Part shown: positions 31,539-43,359 of the stretch, piece after piece | Layout of the letters: every line of letters begins with the position of its first letter | Numbering within the stretch: position 1 is the first letter of the stretch | Assembly (NCBI GenBank): GCA_963703955.1 | Contig: CAVPGK010000015.1 | Coordinates: 1-64,000 of the forward strand | From: Nitrospirota bacterium | GTDB lineage: Bacteria; Nitrospirota; Nitrospiria; Nitrospirales; Nitrospiraceae | Length of the DNA stretch: 64,000 bases | Direction of reading: 5' to 3' | The notes under the pieces: generated by a model | Database searches by the model: none | Told to the model about the DNA's origin: nothing | Seen by the model: the letters and a program-made list of their open reading frames with translations, nothing else | Translations under genes and position numbers: made by a program

Positions 31539-32627
31539 ATGCCCGCACCCTCGCCGTCTCCGATCATACTGGGAGTGGAGACCTCGTGCGACGAGACCGC
31601 CGCAGCGATCGTCGGCGCCGACGGGCAGATTCTGTCGAGCGTGCTTTCCTCCCAACATGAGGTGCACGAGCGGTACGGAGGCGTCGTCCCCGAGTTGGCC
31701 GCCCGTCGTCATATTGAAGCCATCGAAGCTGTCGTCACGGAGGCGATGGAACAGGGAAAGGTGGGCTGGACCGATCTGGACGCCATTGCGGTGACATGTG
31801 GGCCCGGCTTAGCGGGAGCCCTGCTAGTGGGTGTGAGTTTCGGAAAGGCTTTGGCCTATGCCAAAGAGGTTCCGCTGATCGCCGTCAATCACTTGGAAGG
31901 CCACCTCGCTTCCGCATGGCTCGAGGTTCCTAATTTTCCGACTCCCTGTATGGTTCTCGTGGTATCAGGAGGACACACGCACCTCTATCATATGGAAGAA
32001 CCGGGGTCGTATGATCTCATCGGCCGGACCTTGGATGATGCGGCCGGCGAGGCGTTCGACAAGGCGGCCAAAATGTTGGGGTTGGGTTTTCCCGGGGGCC
32101 CTGCCATCGACCGGATGGCACCCAGCGGCAGTGCCGACGCGATCCGATTTCCCAGGCCGTATCTTCGCACACACTCGCTCGACTTCAGTTTTAGCGGACT
32201 CAAGACGGCGTTGCTGTACCATCTGAGGGATCTGGACCGTTCAGGTCAGCCGAGACGCGTGGCCGACCTTGCCGCCAGCTACCAAGAAGCGATAGTCGAG
32301 GTGTTGGTTGAAAAGGCCTTCGAAGCGGTTCGACGATACAGCGTGCGGGCGTTGGCCGTCGTCGGGGGTGTTTCCGCCAACTCCCGGCTCCGTGCGTTAC
32401 TCTGTTCACGAGCTGTGGCTAGCGGCATCCGATTGGCCGTTCCACGCCCGGGCTATTGCACGGATAATGCGGCCATGATTGCCGCCGCCGGCCGGCAGGC
32501 CTATTTGCGCGGACGAGTGGCTACGTGGGACCTGGAAGCCACCCCGGAATTATCCTTGCCGGCGCGGGGCGAGCCGTCGAACAACGAGAAGCCGAAATCA
32601 AGAAGACGCTCCACTGCACGCGGATAA
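31539..32627 (+). CDS. tsaD: tRNA N6-threonylcarbamoyltransferase
   Basis: ILGVETSCDETAAA, GGVVPELAARRH, NHLEGH, VSGGHT, DDAAGEAFDK, CTDNAAMIA. Confidence 0.96.
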   Translation: MPAPSPSPIILGVETSCDETAAAIVGADGQILSSVLSSQHEVHERYGGVVPELAARRHIEAIEAVVTEAMEQGKVGWTDLDAIAVTCGPGLAGALLVGVSFGKALAYAKEVPLIAVNHLEGHLASAWLEVPNFPTPCMVLVVSGGHTHLYHMEEPGSYDLIGRTLDDAAGEAFDKAAKMLGLGFPGGPAIDRMAPSGSADAIRFPRPYLRTHSLDFSFSGLKTALLYHLRDLDRSGQPRRVADLAASYQEAIVEVLVEKAFEAVRRYSVRALAVVGGVSANSRLRALLCSRAVASGIRLAVPRPGYCTDNAAMIAAAGRQAYLRGRVATWDLEATPELSLPARGEPSNNEKPKSRRRSTARG

Positions 32628-32639
32628 GGAGAGCAGAAG

Positions 32640-34405
32640 ATCCCAACCGTCCGTGGAAGTATCAACGGCCTGAAAGCCAATCAGTTGCTGCGACTGGAGC
32701 ACCTGTATCGTCGCCGGATACCGGTCGAGAAGGTCATTAGCGCTGAATTGGCCCGAACCTGTACGGAACTCTCGCATGAGATTCGACGTCAGATTGGTCT
32801 GGTGATTACGCGGAGGGGTCTGATCGAGCAAGTCATCGTCGGAAATAATCGCGAGCTTATCCTCACGGATCTCTCGAAATTTCGAACGGGGCCGCGATCA
32901 TTGCGAGGCGTCAGACTTGTTCACACGCATCTCCACAACGAGCCGTTGTCGCATGACGATCTGACCGACCTTGCGCTGCTTCGTCTTGATCTGATCGTGG
33001 CCGTCGGTGTCGCTGAGGACGGACTTCCGGCCGATCTGTATCTCGCGCACATGTTACCGCCGAATTCAAGCGGGCAGGTGTATCAGGTCTGGGACCCTGT
33101 TCCTTTCCACGCCTTCCAGTTTGAATGCAACACCTTCGTCGATGATCTTGAGGGTGATTTGGCGAAATCGAACTCCAGCCATATGGTCAAGGAGGGGCAT
33201 GAATCGGCTATCCTGATCAGTGTGTCGACCAAGAGTCGCGCTCACCAGGAGGAGCGATTGGAAGAGCTCGTGGACCTCGCTCGATCGGACGGCATTACCG
33301 TGTTGGAGACCATCGTCCAGCGCGTGCAGGACATTCACCCGAAGTATCTACTGGGGAGCGGGAAGCTGAGAGAAGTGGTCATCAAGGCCTTGCAGCAGGG
33401 TGCGGACCTGCTCGTCTTCGATCAGGACCTGACACCGGCGCAGGTCCGGGCGATCGCTGCGGTCACCGAGATGAAAGTCATTGATCGAACGCAGCTGATC
33501 CTGGACATCTTCGCACGACGAGCCCACAGCCGCGAAGGGAAGATTCAGGTCGAGTTGGCCCAACTCCGATACCTGCTTCCACCGACTGTCGGGCCTCGGC
33601 GCGGCGCTTTCCCGCTTAGGGGGCGGGATCGGCGGACGAGGTCCCGGCGAGACGAAATTGGAAACCGGATCGGCGGAAAGTCCGGGACCGCATCAACCAC
33701 CTGGAGCGTGAACTGCTCACCGTTACACGCCATCGAGACCAGCGACGAGCGCGGCGGTCTCGCCAGCGAATTCGGATTATCTCTATTGTCGGCTATACCA
33801 ATGCGGGCAAATCGACACTCCTCAACGCGCTGACGGAGAGCGAGGTCCCTGCGCAGGACCGCCCATTCGAAACGCTCGACACATCCAGCCGTCGTCTCCG
33901 CGTCCCTCGTGGCCGTCCTGGGACTGAGCGGGACAAGAGCCCGTCTTGGCGGGATCGGGCTGGGAGAGTGCAATGGTCACCGGAGTGCGGCAGTGACACC
34001 GACGTCATCATTACCGATACAGTGGGGTTCATTCGCGACCTCCCGAAGGATCTCATGGGAGCCTTCCGCACGACTTTGGAAGAACTGCGCGACGCTGATT
34101 TGCTGCTTCATCTGGCGGATGCCAGCTCTCGTGACCTAGACGGACAGATTCGCGCGGTCGAGGCCATCCTGTCGGAGCTTGGGCTGGATCACATCCCTCG
34201 GGTGCTGGTCCTGAATAAGATCGACCGGCTCCATGCCCACGAGGCGGAAGCCTTAGCTCGTCGCTACCGCGCGCTCGGTATTTCCGCCTTGAGCCCTCAT
34301 ACGCTCTCACCATTGGTGGAGTGTCTGGCTCGGTCACTCACGGAAGCAACTCGGTGCTCCCATCGCTCGACTGAGGCATGCTCGGCTCCGGCGATGCCAT
34401 CATGA
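32640..34405 (+). CDS. hflX: Ribosome-splitting GTPase HflX, long form (several indels 33580-33990; probable ATC start)
   Basis: IDRTQLILDIFARRAHSREGKIQVELAQLRY, GIGGRGPGETKLE, GYTNAGKSTLLN and DTVGFIRDLP across frames, NKID. Confidence 0.9.
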
Positions 34406-34432
34406 CGCACAGGACGAGTACGTGGTGAGACC

Positions 34433-35143
34433 GTGCGCACCGGGATGAAAGAGGTACGCCCTGCGAAAGGGGACCGTCCCCGCGAACCTGATCGCGCCCT
34501 CCGGCGGCGGTTGTCAAAGATCATCGCTGTGCTCGCAACAGCGATGCCGCACGCGCGAGTGGAGTTGGATCACCAGACGTCCCTGCAACTTCTTGCCGCG
34601 ACCATCCTGTCGGCTCAGTGCACCGACCAGCGAGTCAATCAGGTCACTCCGGCGCTGTTCCGTCGGTATCCAGAGGCGGTGGATTACTCGAAAGCCGATC
34701 AGGCCGAGTTAGAAGCGCTCATCCGCCCTACGGGCTTCTTCAAAAGCAAAGCGCGAAGCCTGATCGCATGTGGTCGGGCCTTGTGCGATCGATACGACGG
34801 GAAGGTGCCGGAGACAATGGAGGCCCTGGTGTCGCTTCCTGGAGTCGGCCGCAAGACCGCGAACGTGATATTGGGCAACTGCTTCGGGAAACCGGCGGTC
34901 GTGGTCGATACGCATGTGAAGCGAGTAGCGCATCGCCTTGGCTTGACATCTGCAAGCGACCCGGACACGATCGAAGAGGATCTCCGGGCCTTAATCCCGG
35001 TTCCGCAGTGGACCCTCGGCTCTCAGCGGCTTCTGTTACATGGTCGTTACGTCTGTCTCGCTCGACGACCTCAGTGCGAGCACTGTCCCATCTACAAAGA
35101 GTGTCCTTGGGAGGGCAAGTGGCCGAATCCATCAAAAGCATGA
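34433..35143 (+). CDS. nth: Endonuclease III
   Basis: ILSAQCTD, HhH LPGVGRKTANV, VDTHV, C-x6-C-x2-C-x5-C 4Fe-4S motif. Confidence 0.95.
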   Translation: MRTGMKEVRPAKGDRPREPDRALRRRLSKIIAVLATAMPHARVELDHQTSLQLLAATILSAQCTDQRVNQVTPALFRRYPEAVDYSKADQAELEALIRPTGFFKSKARSLIACGRALCDRYDGKVPETMEALVSLPGVGRKTANVILGNCFGKPAVVVDTHVKRVAHRLGLTSASDPDTIEEDLRALIPVPQWTLGSQRLLLHGRYVCLARRPQCEHCPIYKECPWEGKWPNPSKA

Positions 35144-36006
35144 CCGGATACGGAAGACGGGAGGCGGTCTGGGCCGGCGGAAGGGTAGCGGCGGAATTGC
35201 GATCCGTCAATCACCGATTCTGCGAGATTGTGATCCGGTTGCCCCGATCGCTATCCTCGCTGGAGGACGAACTGAAGAAGTTGATCCAGCAGCGGTGCGC
35301 CAGAGGCAGGCTTGAATTAGTCATCTCCTTCATTGGAGGGAAAGAGGCGGGGAAAACCTTGACTCTTGACCGTACGCTGGCGAGACAGTACCATAGTTTG
35401 CTTAGAGATTTGCAACGTGAGTTTCGCTTGAGTGGATCCCTTGATGTCGCCCTTCTGGCGGGATTTCGTGAGATAATCTCGACCATTGATCGGCCCGTCG
35501 AAGAGAGGCGGCTCAAGCAGGTCGTGAAACGCCTCGTCGCCGGCGCCCTATCTGACCTCAACACGATGCGCCGCCGAGAAGGTGCGGCATTAGCGCACGA
35601 CACCAGAACTCGACTCCAGGCAGTCCGCGAGGAGATCGCGCGAGTCCACGAGAGAATTCCCCTGGTGGTTCAGGACCATTTTGATCGCATGAAAGCGCGG
35701 GTCGAAAAATTGGTGGGAGCCGACGATCTCGATCTCGGTCGCCTGCGCCAAGAACTTGCCCTATACGCTGACCGGTGCGATGTGTCTGAAGAGGTAACGA
35801 GATTGGGATCCCATCTTGGTCAGTTCGACGGAGCGCTCAAGAGTCGAGAGCCGATCGGAAGGACGCTTGATTTCCTCCTTCAGGAAATGGGGCGTGAGAC
35901 TAATACCATCGGATCCAAAGCCAACGACGCGGAAATCGCCGCGCATGTTGTTCAAATCAAGGGGGAGTTGGAACGCATTCGAGAGCAGGTTCAGAACATT
36001 GAATAA
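35119..36006 (+). CDS. yicC: YicC/YloC family endoribonuclease
   Basis: IKSMTGYG, ELRSVNHRF, DVSEEVTRL, GRTLDFLLQEMGRETNTIGSK, REQVQNIE. Confidence 0.93.
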   Translation: MAESIKSMTGYGRREAVWAGGRVAAELRSVNHRFCEIVIRLPRSLSSLEDELKKLIQQRCARGRLELVISFIGGKEAGKTLTLDRTLARQYHSLLRDLQREFRLSGSLDVALLAGFREIISTIDRPVEERRLKQVVKRLVAGALSDLNTMRRREGAALAHDTRTRLQAVREEIARVHERIPLVVQDHFDRMKARVEKLVGADDLDLGRLRQELALYADRCDVSEEVTRLGSHLGQFDGALKSREPIGRTLDFLLQEMGRETNTIGSKANDAEIAAHVVQIKGELERIREQVQNIE

Positions 36007-36024
36007 CCTGGAGCCACACGACCG

Positions 36025-36732
36025 ATGAGGAATCAAGGACAGCCGAAGAAGGAAGCCATAGAACGGCGTGGATTGCTGTTTGTCGTCTCAGCGCCGTCCG
36101 GCACAGGCAAGACGACGCTGTGTAAAGAGCTGATCTCACTGGTTTCGGGTCTGCGCCATTCGATCTCCTACACAACCCGTCAGCCGCGTCCCGGGGAGAT
36201 TCACGGTCGTGAATACTTTTTTGTCGATGAAGCTCAGTTTCACCAGATGGTGCACCGGAACGAGTTCGCCGAGTGGGCGCCCGTGTACGGACATTTTTAC
36301 GGAACCCCACGACAAGGCCTGATGGAGATATTGGATCAAGGCAGCGATGTCTTGTTGGAGATCGATGTGCAAGGAGCGATGCAGATCAAGAAAAAGTTCG
36401 ACGATGCCGTCTACATCTATATTATGCCGCCGTCGATCGAGGCATTGGAGACCCGTTTGCGCCAACGAGCCGGCGACACACCACAGGAGATCGAACGCCG
36501 ACTGCAGAAAGCTCGTGAGGAACTGTGGAGCTACCGCGATTACTACTATATCGTGAAGAATGACGACATGAAGCAAGCGCTCAGAGAATTGGAAGCGATC
36601 GTTCTGGCCGAGAGGATCAAGACCAAGCGCCTCGATTGGACTTGGCTCGAAGAGAATTTCATTCGAGGGAAAGGCGTTTCACGGAGGACCGAAAAGAGAG
36701 CTCACAACGACAAAGGAGATCGACAGCCATGA
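36025..36732 (+). CDS. gmk: Guanylate kinase
   Basis: SAPSGTGKTT, SYTTRQPRPGE, YGT, LEIDVQGA. Confidence 0.96.
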   Translation: MRNQGQPKKEAIERRGLLFVVSAPSGTGKTTLCKELISLVSGLRHSISYTTRQPRPGEIHGREYFFVDEAQFHQMVHRNEFAEWAPVYGHFYGTPRQGLMEILDQGSDVLLEIDVQGAMQIKKKFDDAVYIYIMPPSIEALETRLRQRAGDTPQEIERRLQKAREELWSYRDYYYIVKNDDMKQALRELEAIVLAERIKTKRLDWTWLEENFIRGKGVSRRTEKRAHNDKGDRQP

Positions 36733-37097
36733 CCGACACATTATCTTTATTGCCGGAAGATAGTCAGCGGCGATTTGATTCTCGACATCGATTGGTCATT
36801 GCGGCCTCACAACGGGCCAAGCATCTGATGCAGGGCGCCAAGCCGGTGACCGCAACAAAGTTCACGAAAGAAACCACCATCGCGCTTGAGGAGGTCCTGC
36901 AGGGAAAGATAGCGTTCCTGACAGGCCAAGAAGCCCGGCAGGCGATGAAGGAGGTCAAACGGACGAGGGACGGCGATGTCGAACGTATGGCCGTGATGAG
37001 CACGGGAGCAGGTGAAGACGCGCGAGAAATCAAGAAGGAGCTCAGTGTATATGTGGATGATTCGGAGAAGGCGACCGAACCTGAAGCCGAGGAATAG
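36729..37097 (+). CDS. rpoZ: RNA polymerase omega subunit
   Basis: DSRHRLVIAASQRAKHL...TIALEEV; gmk-rpoZ-coaBC synteny. Confidence 0.9.
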   Translation: MTDTLSLLPEDSQRRFDSRHRLVIAASQRAKHLMQGAKPVTATKFTKETTIALEEVLQGKIAFLTGQEARQAMKEVKRTRDGDVERMAVMSTGAGEDAREIKKELSVYVDDSEKATEPEAEE

Positions 37098-37101
37098 AGA
37101 A

Positions 37102-37247
37102 GCAGGGTGGTGGGTGAGCTGGTTCAGTGCTCGCGCACCGCGCGCATTTTCACCCGCCTGCCCCAGGCGCGCCAAGACGTGCCCATTCCCGATCAGAATG
37201 TGCTCGGCGGACGCGCGCAGTGTGAACCAACTCGCCCACCACCCTGC
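37102..37247. repeat. Palindromic MITE/REP-like element
   Basis: 25-bp terminal inverted repeats GCAGGGTGGTGGGYGAGYTGGTTCA (2 mismatches); internal segments shared with 52466-52520 and 61192-61345. Confidence 0.8.
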
Positions 37248-37323
37248 GCAGAGCTAAATGAATGAAGAAGTAGACAGGGCGAATCATTCCGGTAGTCCAC
37301 GCAATTCCTCCAGAGCTAGATGA

Positions 37324-38592
37324 TTGAAGGTAATGAGCAAGCCTGGTTTGAAGTTTCTTGGTAAACGCATCGTCCTGGGAGTTACCGGGAGCATCGCAGC
37401 GTATAAAGCCGTCGGCTTGTTGCGCGCCTTAGTACAGGAAGGAGCCGATGTGCCGGTGGTCATGACCGAGGCCGCCACACGATTTGTGAACCCGCTCACC
37501 TTTGAGGTGTTGTCCGGCCATCCCGTGGCCACCGATCTTTTTGCCGCCCACCAGGAGATGCTCCACCTCACCCTGCCAGAACGGGCGGATATCATCGTCA
37601 TCGCCCCGGCGACCGCGAACACGCTGGCCAAGTGTGCACAAGGAATGGCAGATGATCTCTTGACCACGATGATCCTAACCACCTCGTGTCCTCTTCTCAT
37701 GGCTCCCGCGATGGATGGTGCGATGTGGGACCACCCCACGGTTCAGGCGAATGTGACTACGTTGAGGACGAGAGGTGTGACCGTGCTGGACCCGCAAGAA
37801 GGCTCGCTCGCGTCCGGGCGAGTGGGAAAAGGCCGTCTGACCGATGAATCCACCATTCTCTCCGCAATCCAAGCGGTTCTTGCTCCGCGGCGCGACTGGC
37901 TCGGACAACGGGTATTGGTCTCGGCCGGACCGACTCAGGAAGCGATCGACCCCGTCCGGTTTATTTCCAATCGCTCCTCTGGGAAGATGGGCTACGCGAT
38001 CGCTCAGGCCGCGCGGGAGCGCGGCGCGGAAGTGGTCCTGGTAAGCGGACCGACCGCGTTGGCCATTCCAACGGGAGTCGAGCATGTCCCGGTCGAGGCA
38101 GCCGAGGAAATGGCGAAGGCGATGCTCTTGCGGCTGCCTTGGTCCACAACCGTGATCATGGCGGCGGCGGTCGCCGACTTTCGTCCTCGACGGCCCGGCG
38201 CGAAGAAGATCAAGAAGGGCGAGGCGGCATGGCAACCCCTCGAATTGGAACCGACCGATGACATCGTGACCCTGTTGTGCCAACGACGAACCTCCCAGAT
38301 CATCGTCGGCTTCGCCGCGGAAACCGAATCGGTTGTCGCGCATGCCCGCGACAAACTGGTCCGGAAAGGACTCGATCTCATCGTCGGCAACAATGTCGCG
38401 GAAAAAGGGTCCGGGTTTGGCTCGGATACAAGCGCGGCCGTCCTGATTAGCCGCGATCACAGGATCATGGAAGTTTCCACCGTGACGAAGCGCGTGTTGG
38501 CTGATCGTATCTTGGATGCGGTAATCTCCCTCCCGAGATCCCGTGCAACGAGAACAACGGGCACCGACATTTCGCGCTCCTCAGAAGCATAG
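37324..38592 (+). CDS. coaBC: Bifunctional phosphopantothenoylcysteine decarboxylase/ligase
   Basis: LGVTGSIAAYK, APATANTLAK, GPTQEAIDPVRFISNRSSGKMG, AAAVADF, VGFAAET. Confidence 0.96.
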   Translation: MKVMSKPGLKFLGKRIVLGVTGSIAAYKAVGLLRALVQEGADVPVVMTEAATRFVNPLTFEVLSGHPVATDLFAAHQEMLHLTLPERADIIVIAPATANTLAKCAQGMADDLLTTMILTTSCPLLMAPAMDGAMWDHPTVQANVTTLRTRGVTVLDPQEGSLASGRVGKGRLTDESTILSAIQAVLAPRRDWLGQRVLVSAGPTQEAIDPVRFISNRSSGKMGYAIAQAARERGAEVVLVSGPTALAIPTGVEHVPVEAAEEMAKAMLLRLPWSTTVIMAAAVADFRPRRPGAKKIKKGEAAWQPLELEPTDDIVTLLCQRRTSQIIVGFAAETESVVAHARDKLVRKGLDLIVGNNVAEKGSGFGSDTSAAVLISRDHRIMEVSTVTKRVLADRILDAVISLPRSRATRTTGTDISRSSEA

Positions 38593-38619
38593 CGACCCGT
38601 CATGACCCACCCGTGTGGT

Positions 38620-38648
38620 TTGACCCTCCGGCGTGAGCCTGTTACAAT
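38620..38648 (+). promoter_or_regulatory. Sigma70 promoter of aroQ-efp-accBC
   Basis: TTGACC-17 nt-TACAAT with extended TG. Confidence 0.7.
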
Positions 38649-38705
38649 GGCGCCGCTTCGCAGCTCCGGCAAGGTGTGGCTCTGCCGCCCATCGTGAGAG
38701 CACGA

Positions 38706-39164
38706 ATGTTCCGTTTTCTGGTGCTACATGGACCCAATTTGAACTTGCTGGGCACCCGCGAGCAGTCGGTATATGGAAACCTGTCCCTCAAGGAGATCGA
38801 TACGGCGATTCAGGAGCTAGCCAAGCAAGAAAGCATCCGGGTTGACATCCGCCAATCCAATGTCGAAGGTGAGCTTGTGACCTGGATCCAAGAGGCCAAA
38901 GATCGGTTTGACGCCATTGTCATCAATCCGGCCGCCTACACGCATACCAGCATAGCGATCCGCGATGCGATAGCGGCTGTGGCGATTCCAACCGTGGAAG
39001 TGCATCTGAGCAATATTCATAAACGTGAGTCGTTCAGGCGCCGATCTTACATCGCCGGCGTTGCCTTGGGGCAGATCTCAGGTTTTGGCTATGCCGGCTA
39101 TCTCCTTGGTATCCGGGCCGCGCTCGAGCATCTGAAGACGACACGCCCCACGTTGGTACGGTAA
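38706..39164 (+). CDS. aroQ: Type II 3-dehydroquinate dehydratase
   Basis: [36 protein letters not shown]. Confidence 0.96.
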   Translation: MFRFLVLHGPNLNLLGTREQSVYGNLSLKEIDTAIQELAKQESIRVDIRQSNVEGELVTWIQEAKDRFDAIVINPAAYTHTSIAIRDAIAAVAIPTVEVHLSNIHKRESFRRRSYIAGVALGQISGFGYAGYLLGIRAALEHLKTTRPTLVR

Positions 39165-39198
39165 GCAGAAGGGGTCTGAGGCACAAGGAAACCTGCGT

Positions 39199-39759
39199 GT
39201 GATTTCTACAGCCGATTTTCGTAACGGCGTACGTCTTCAAATCGAGGGAGAGCCGTTTCATATCGTCGAATTCCAGCACGTGAAACCCGGGAAAGGTGGG
39301 GCGTTCGTGCGCACCAAATTGAAGAGCTACAAGACAGGAAACGTCTTGGACCGAACCTTCCGATCCGGCGAGCGCTTCGAAGAGCCCAACTTGGAAGAAT
39401 GCGAGATGCAGTTTCTCTATGCCGCCGGTGACGCCTACACCTTCATGGACAACCGCAGTTTTGAGCAGTTCACCTACGACAAGAAGCAACTCGGCGAGAA
39501 TGCCGATCTGCTCAAAGAAAACATGGTCGCCAAAATTCTGCTCTATGAGCATCAACCGCTCGCCGTTGAATTGCCCACGTTCATCGAGCTTAAGGTGGTG
39601 GATGCGGAGCCCGGCGTGCGCGGCGACACCGCTTCAGGCGGAAGCAAACCTGCCATCGTGGAGACCGGAGCCGTGATCAAGGTCCCCCTCTACCTCGAAA
39701 TCGGGGAGGTCATTCGTATCGATACTCGAACGAGAGAATACGTGGAGCGGGTGAGGTGA
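39199..39759 (+). CDS. efp: Elongation factor P
   Basis: FQHVKPGKGGAFVRTK, PGVRGDTA, IDTRT..YVER. Confidence 0.97.
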   Translation: MISTADFRNGVRLQIEGEPFHIVEFQHVKPGKGGAFVRTKLKSYKTGNVLDRTFRSGERFEEPNLEECEMQFLYAAGDAYTFMDNRSFEQFTYDKKQLGENADLLKENMVAKILLYEHQPLAVELPTFIELKVVDAEPGVRGDTASGGSKPAIVETGAVIKVPLYLEIGEVIRIDTRTREYVERVR

Positions 39760-40322
39760 AAAGGCCAAAAGCTCGTGGTCGTGTCGGCCAGCACAGTCAG
39801 CAACGCGAGGGAATCTCCGGTACAGTCTCCAACTCGCCGGGGGGAGCTTCGGGAGTGCTCGGGGATCCGGCCCAACCGATCCAGGCCTTCATCGATCTCC
39901 TGAAACAGAACAACCTGGCTGAATTGGAAGTGGAGCATGAAGGGTTCCGGATCAGACTCAGGCGTGAGTCGGTCATCGAGTCCGCTCCTTCGGCGCGACC
40001 GGAGAGCGTCCTACCGGGTCAGGAAACTCCCACTGAGAGTCTGGCCGTCTCGGTGCCCGGTGATGTGGCCGGAAAAGTCACAATCACCTCTCCGATCGTG
40101 GGGACCTTCTATCGCTCTCCGTCTCCTGACGCGGACCCATACGTTGAGGAAGGAGACCTCGTCAAGAAAGGTCAAGTGCTGTGTATTGTCGAGGCAATGA
40201 AACTGATGAATGAAATCGAATCTGAAATGGACGGACGGATTGTGAAGATCCTGGCCGAGAGCACCAAACCTGTCGAATACGGACAGCCGTTGTTCTTGAT
40301 CGATCCCAACCCCGCATCTTAG
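39756..40322 (+). CDS. accB: Biotin carboxyl carrier protein
   Basis: SPIVGTFYRSP, IVEAMKLMNEI, PVEYGQPLF. Confidence 0.95.
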   Translation: MKRPKARGRVGQHSQQREGISGTVSNSPGGASGVLGDPAQPIQAFIDLLKQNNLAELEVEHEGFRIRLRRESVIESAPSARPESVLPGQETPTESLAVSVPGDVAGKVTITSPIVGTFYRSPSPDADPYVEEGDLVKKGQVLCIVEAMKLMNEIESEMDGRIVKILAESTKPVEYGQPLFLIDPNPAS

Positions 40323-40324
40323 GT

Positions 40325-40504
40325 AGGATGTTGAACAAGACCTCCGACTTCGTTCTCGGTTTGCTAACATCCTCAACGGATGACCCGGCCGCCTCATCGT
40401 CTCGGAGGCCCGCGCAAACGTGGTGCTCCTTATTCGTCGCCCCGTGCGGCCCCAGAGGGTACGCGTCCTGTGTTAGCCTCACCTGCAGCCTTTTGAACCG
40501 TCCT
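40325..40504. repeat. Degenerate MITE-like intergenic element
   Basis: Ends AGGATGTTGAACAAG / CTTTTGAACCGTCCT form a degenerate inverted repeat; 5' end resembles 22858 (AGGATGCTGAAAA..TCGTTCT) and 57642 (AGGCTGCTGAAAA). Confidence 0.6.
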
Positions 40505-40569
40505 CTCGCGTCAGCGCCAAAATTCCAAACTCCCTCACCGGATCCAAGTACATCCCCCAGGAGCCGGAC

Positions 40570-41915
40570 GTGTTCAAGAAAATCCTAATTGCAAATCGCG
40601 GCGAGATTGCTCTGCGAGTGATCCGAGCCTGCAAGGAGTTGGGAATCAAGACGGTTGCCGTCCATTCCGAGGTGGACGCCAACGCCTTGCATGTGCGGCT
40701 GGCCGATGAGCACGTCTGCGTGGGGCCCGCGGAAGACGCGCTGAGTTATCGGAATATTCCCAACGTCCTGAGCGCCGCCGAGATTACCGGTGCAGAGGCC
40801 ATCCATCCGGGTTATGGCTTCCTGGCGGAAAACGCCCACTTTGCCGAAGTGTGCGAATCCATCGGGGTCAAGTTTATCGGCCCGACTTCAGAGAATATCG
40901 CCACGATGGGAGACAAAGCCCGGGCCAGAGAGATCATGGCTCGGCGATCTATCCCGGTCCTTCCCGGCAGTCCCGGCGAGCTTCGCAGCGAGACCGATGC
41001 CCTGGAAGCGGCGCGCAAGATCGGGTTCCCGGTTATCATTAAAGCCTCCGCCGGCGGAGGCGGGCGCGGCATGCGAGTGGTCAACAAAGAAGAGGATCTC
41101 GTGCGTGCGTTCCAGGCGGCTCAATCCGAAGCCAAATCCACCTTCGGCAATGAAGCCGTCTATCTGGAACGTTACTTTCTCGAGCCGCGGCATATCGAGG
41201 TCCAGGTGCTGGCCGATGAGCGGGGACGGACGGTCTATCTCGGTGAACGAGACTGTTCCATTCAGCGGCGCTATCAGAAGCTGGTGGAAGAAACCCCGTC
41301 ACCGGCCGTCGACGAGAGGTTGCGGCGCGAAATCGGTCGAGTGGCGGTGGAGGCGATTAAGGCCGTCCATTATCGGAATGCCGGGACCGTAGAATTCCTG
41401 CTGGATAAAGATCAGAACTTTTACTTCATGGAAGTGAATGCTCGTATCCAGGTTGAACACCCGGTGACGGAAATGATTACCGGGATCGACCTGATCAAAG
41501 AACAGATTCGCATCGCGGCCGGGGTCTCGCTGGCATTCCGGCAGCAGGACATTCGTCTCACCGGACACAGCTTTGAATGCCGGATCAACGCCGAAGACCC
41601 CGAGAAGTTTACGCCGTGCCCGGGTCTCATCACCCGCTATCACTCGCCGGGCGGCTTCGGCATTCGCGTTGACTCAGCCATGGAGGCCCACAGCATGGTC
41701 GTCCCGCATTATGATTCCCTGATTGCGAAATTGATTTCCCATGGCCAAACCCGTGACGAGTCCATGGCTCGCATGCGACGGGCCCTTGACGAGTTTGTCA
41801 TCGAAGGCATCAAAACGACCATCCCGCTTCACCGACGCATTTTTGCCGACGCCGAATTTCAGAAGGGTCGGGTGTCCACCAGTTTTCTCGATCGTTTCCT
41901 CGCCAGCCAATCTTC

Positions 41916-41919
<4 letters not shown>
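40570..41919 (+). CDS. accC: Biotin carboxylase
   Basis: KILIANRGEIA, HPGYGFLAEN, GGGGRGM, ERDCSIQRR, EVNARIQVEH, ECRINAED. Confidence 0.97.
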
Positions 41920-43338
<1,419 letters not shown>

Positions 43339-43359
43339 TCATTATTCGCTGGTGGTTAA

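Noticed and set aside
32625..32627. tsaD-hflX stop-codon readthrough fusion
   Set aside because: The genes are in frame, but TAA is a strong stop and a good SD precedes the ATC, favouring independent initiation
34618..35118. N-terminal extension of the 462-aa YicC ORF
   Set aside because: It overlaps nth in another frame; YicC homology starts at IKSMTGYG
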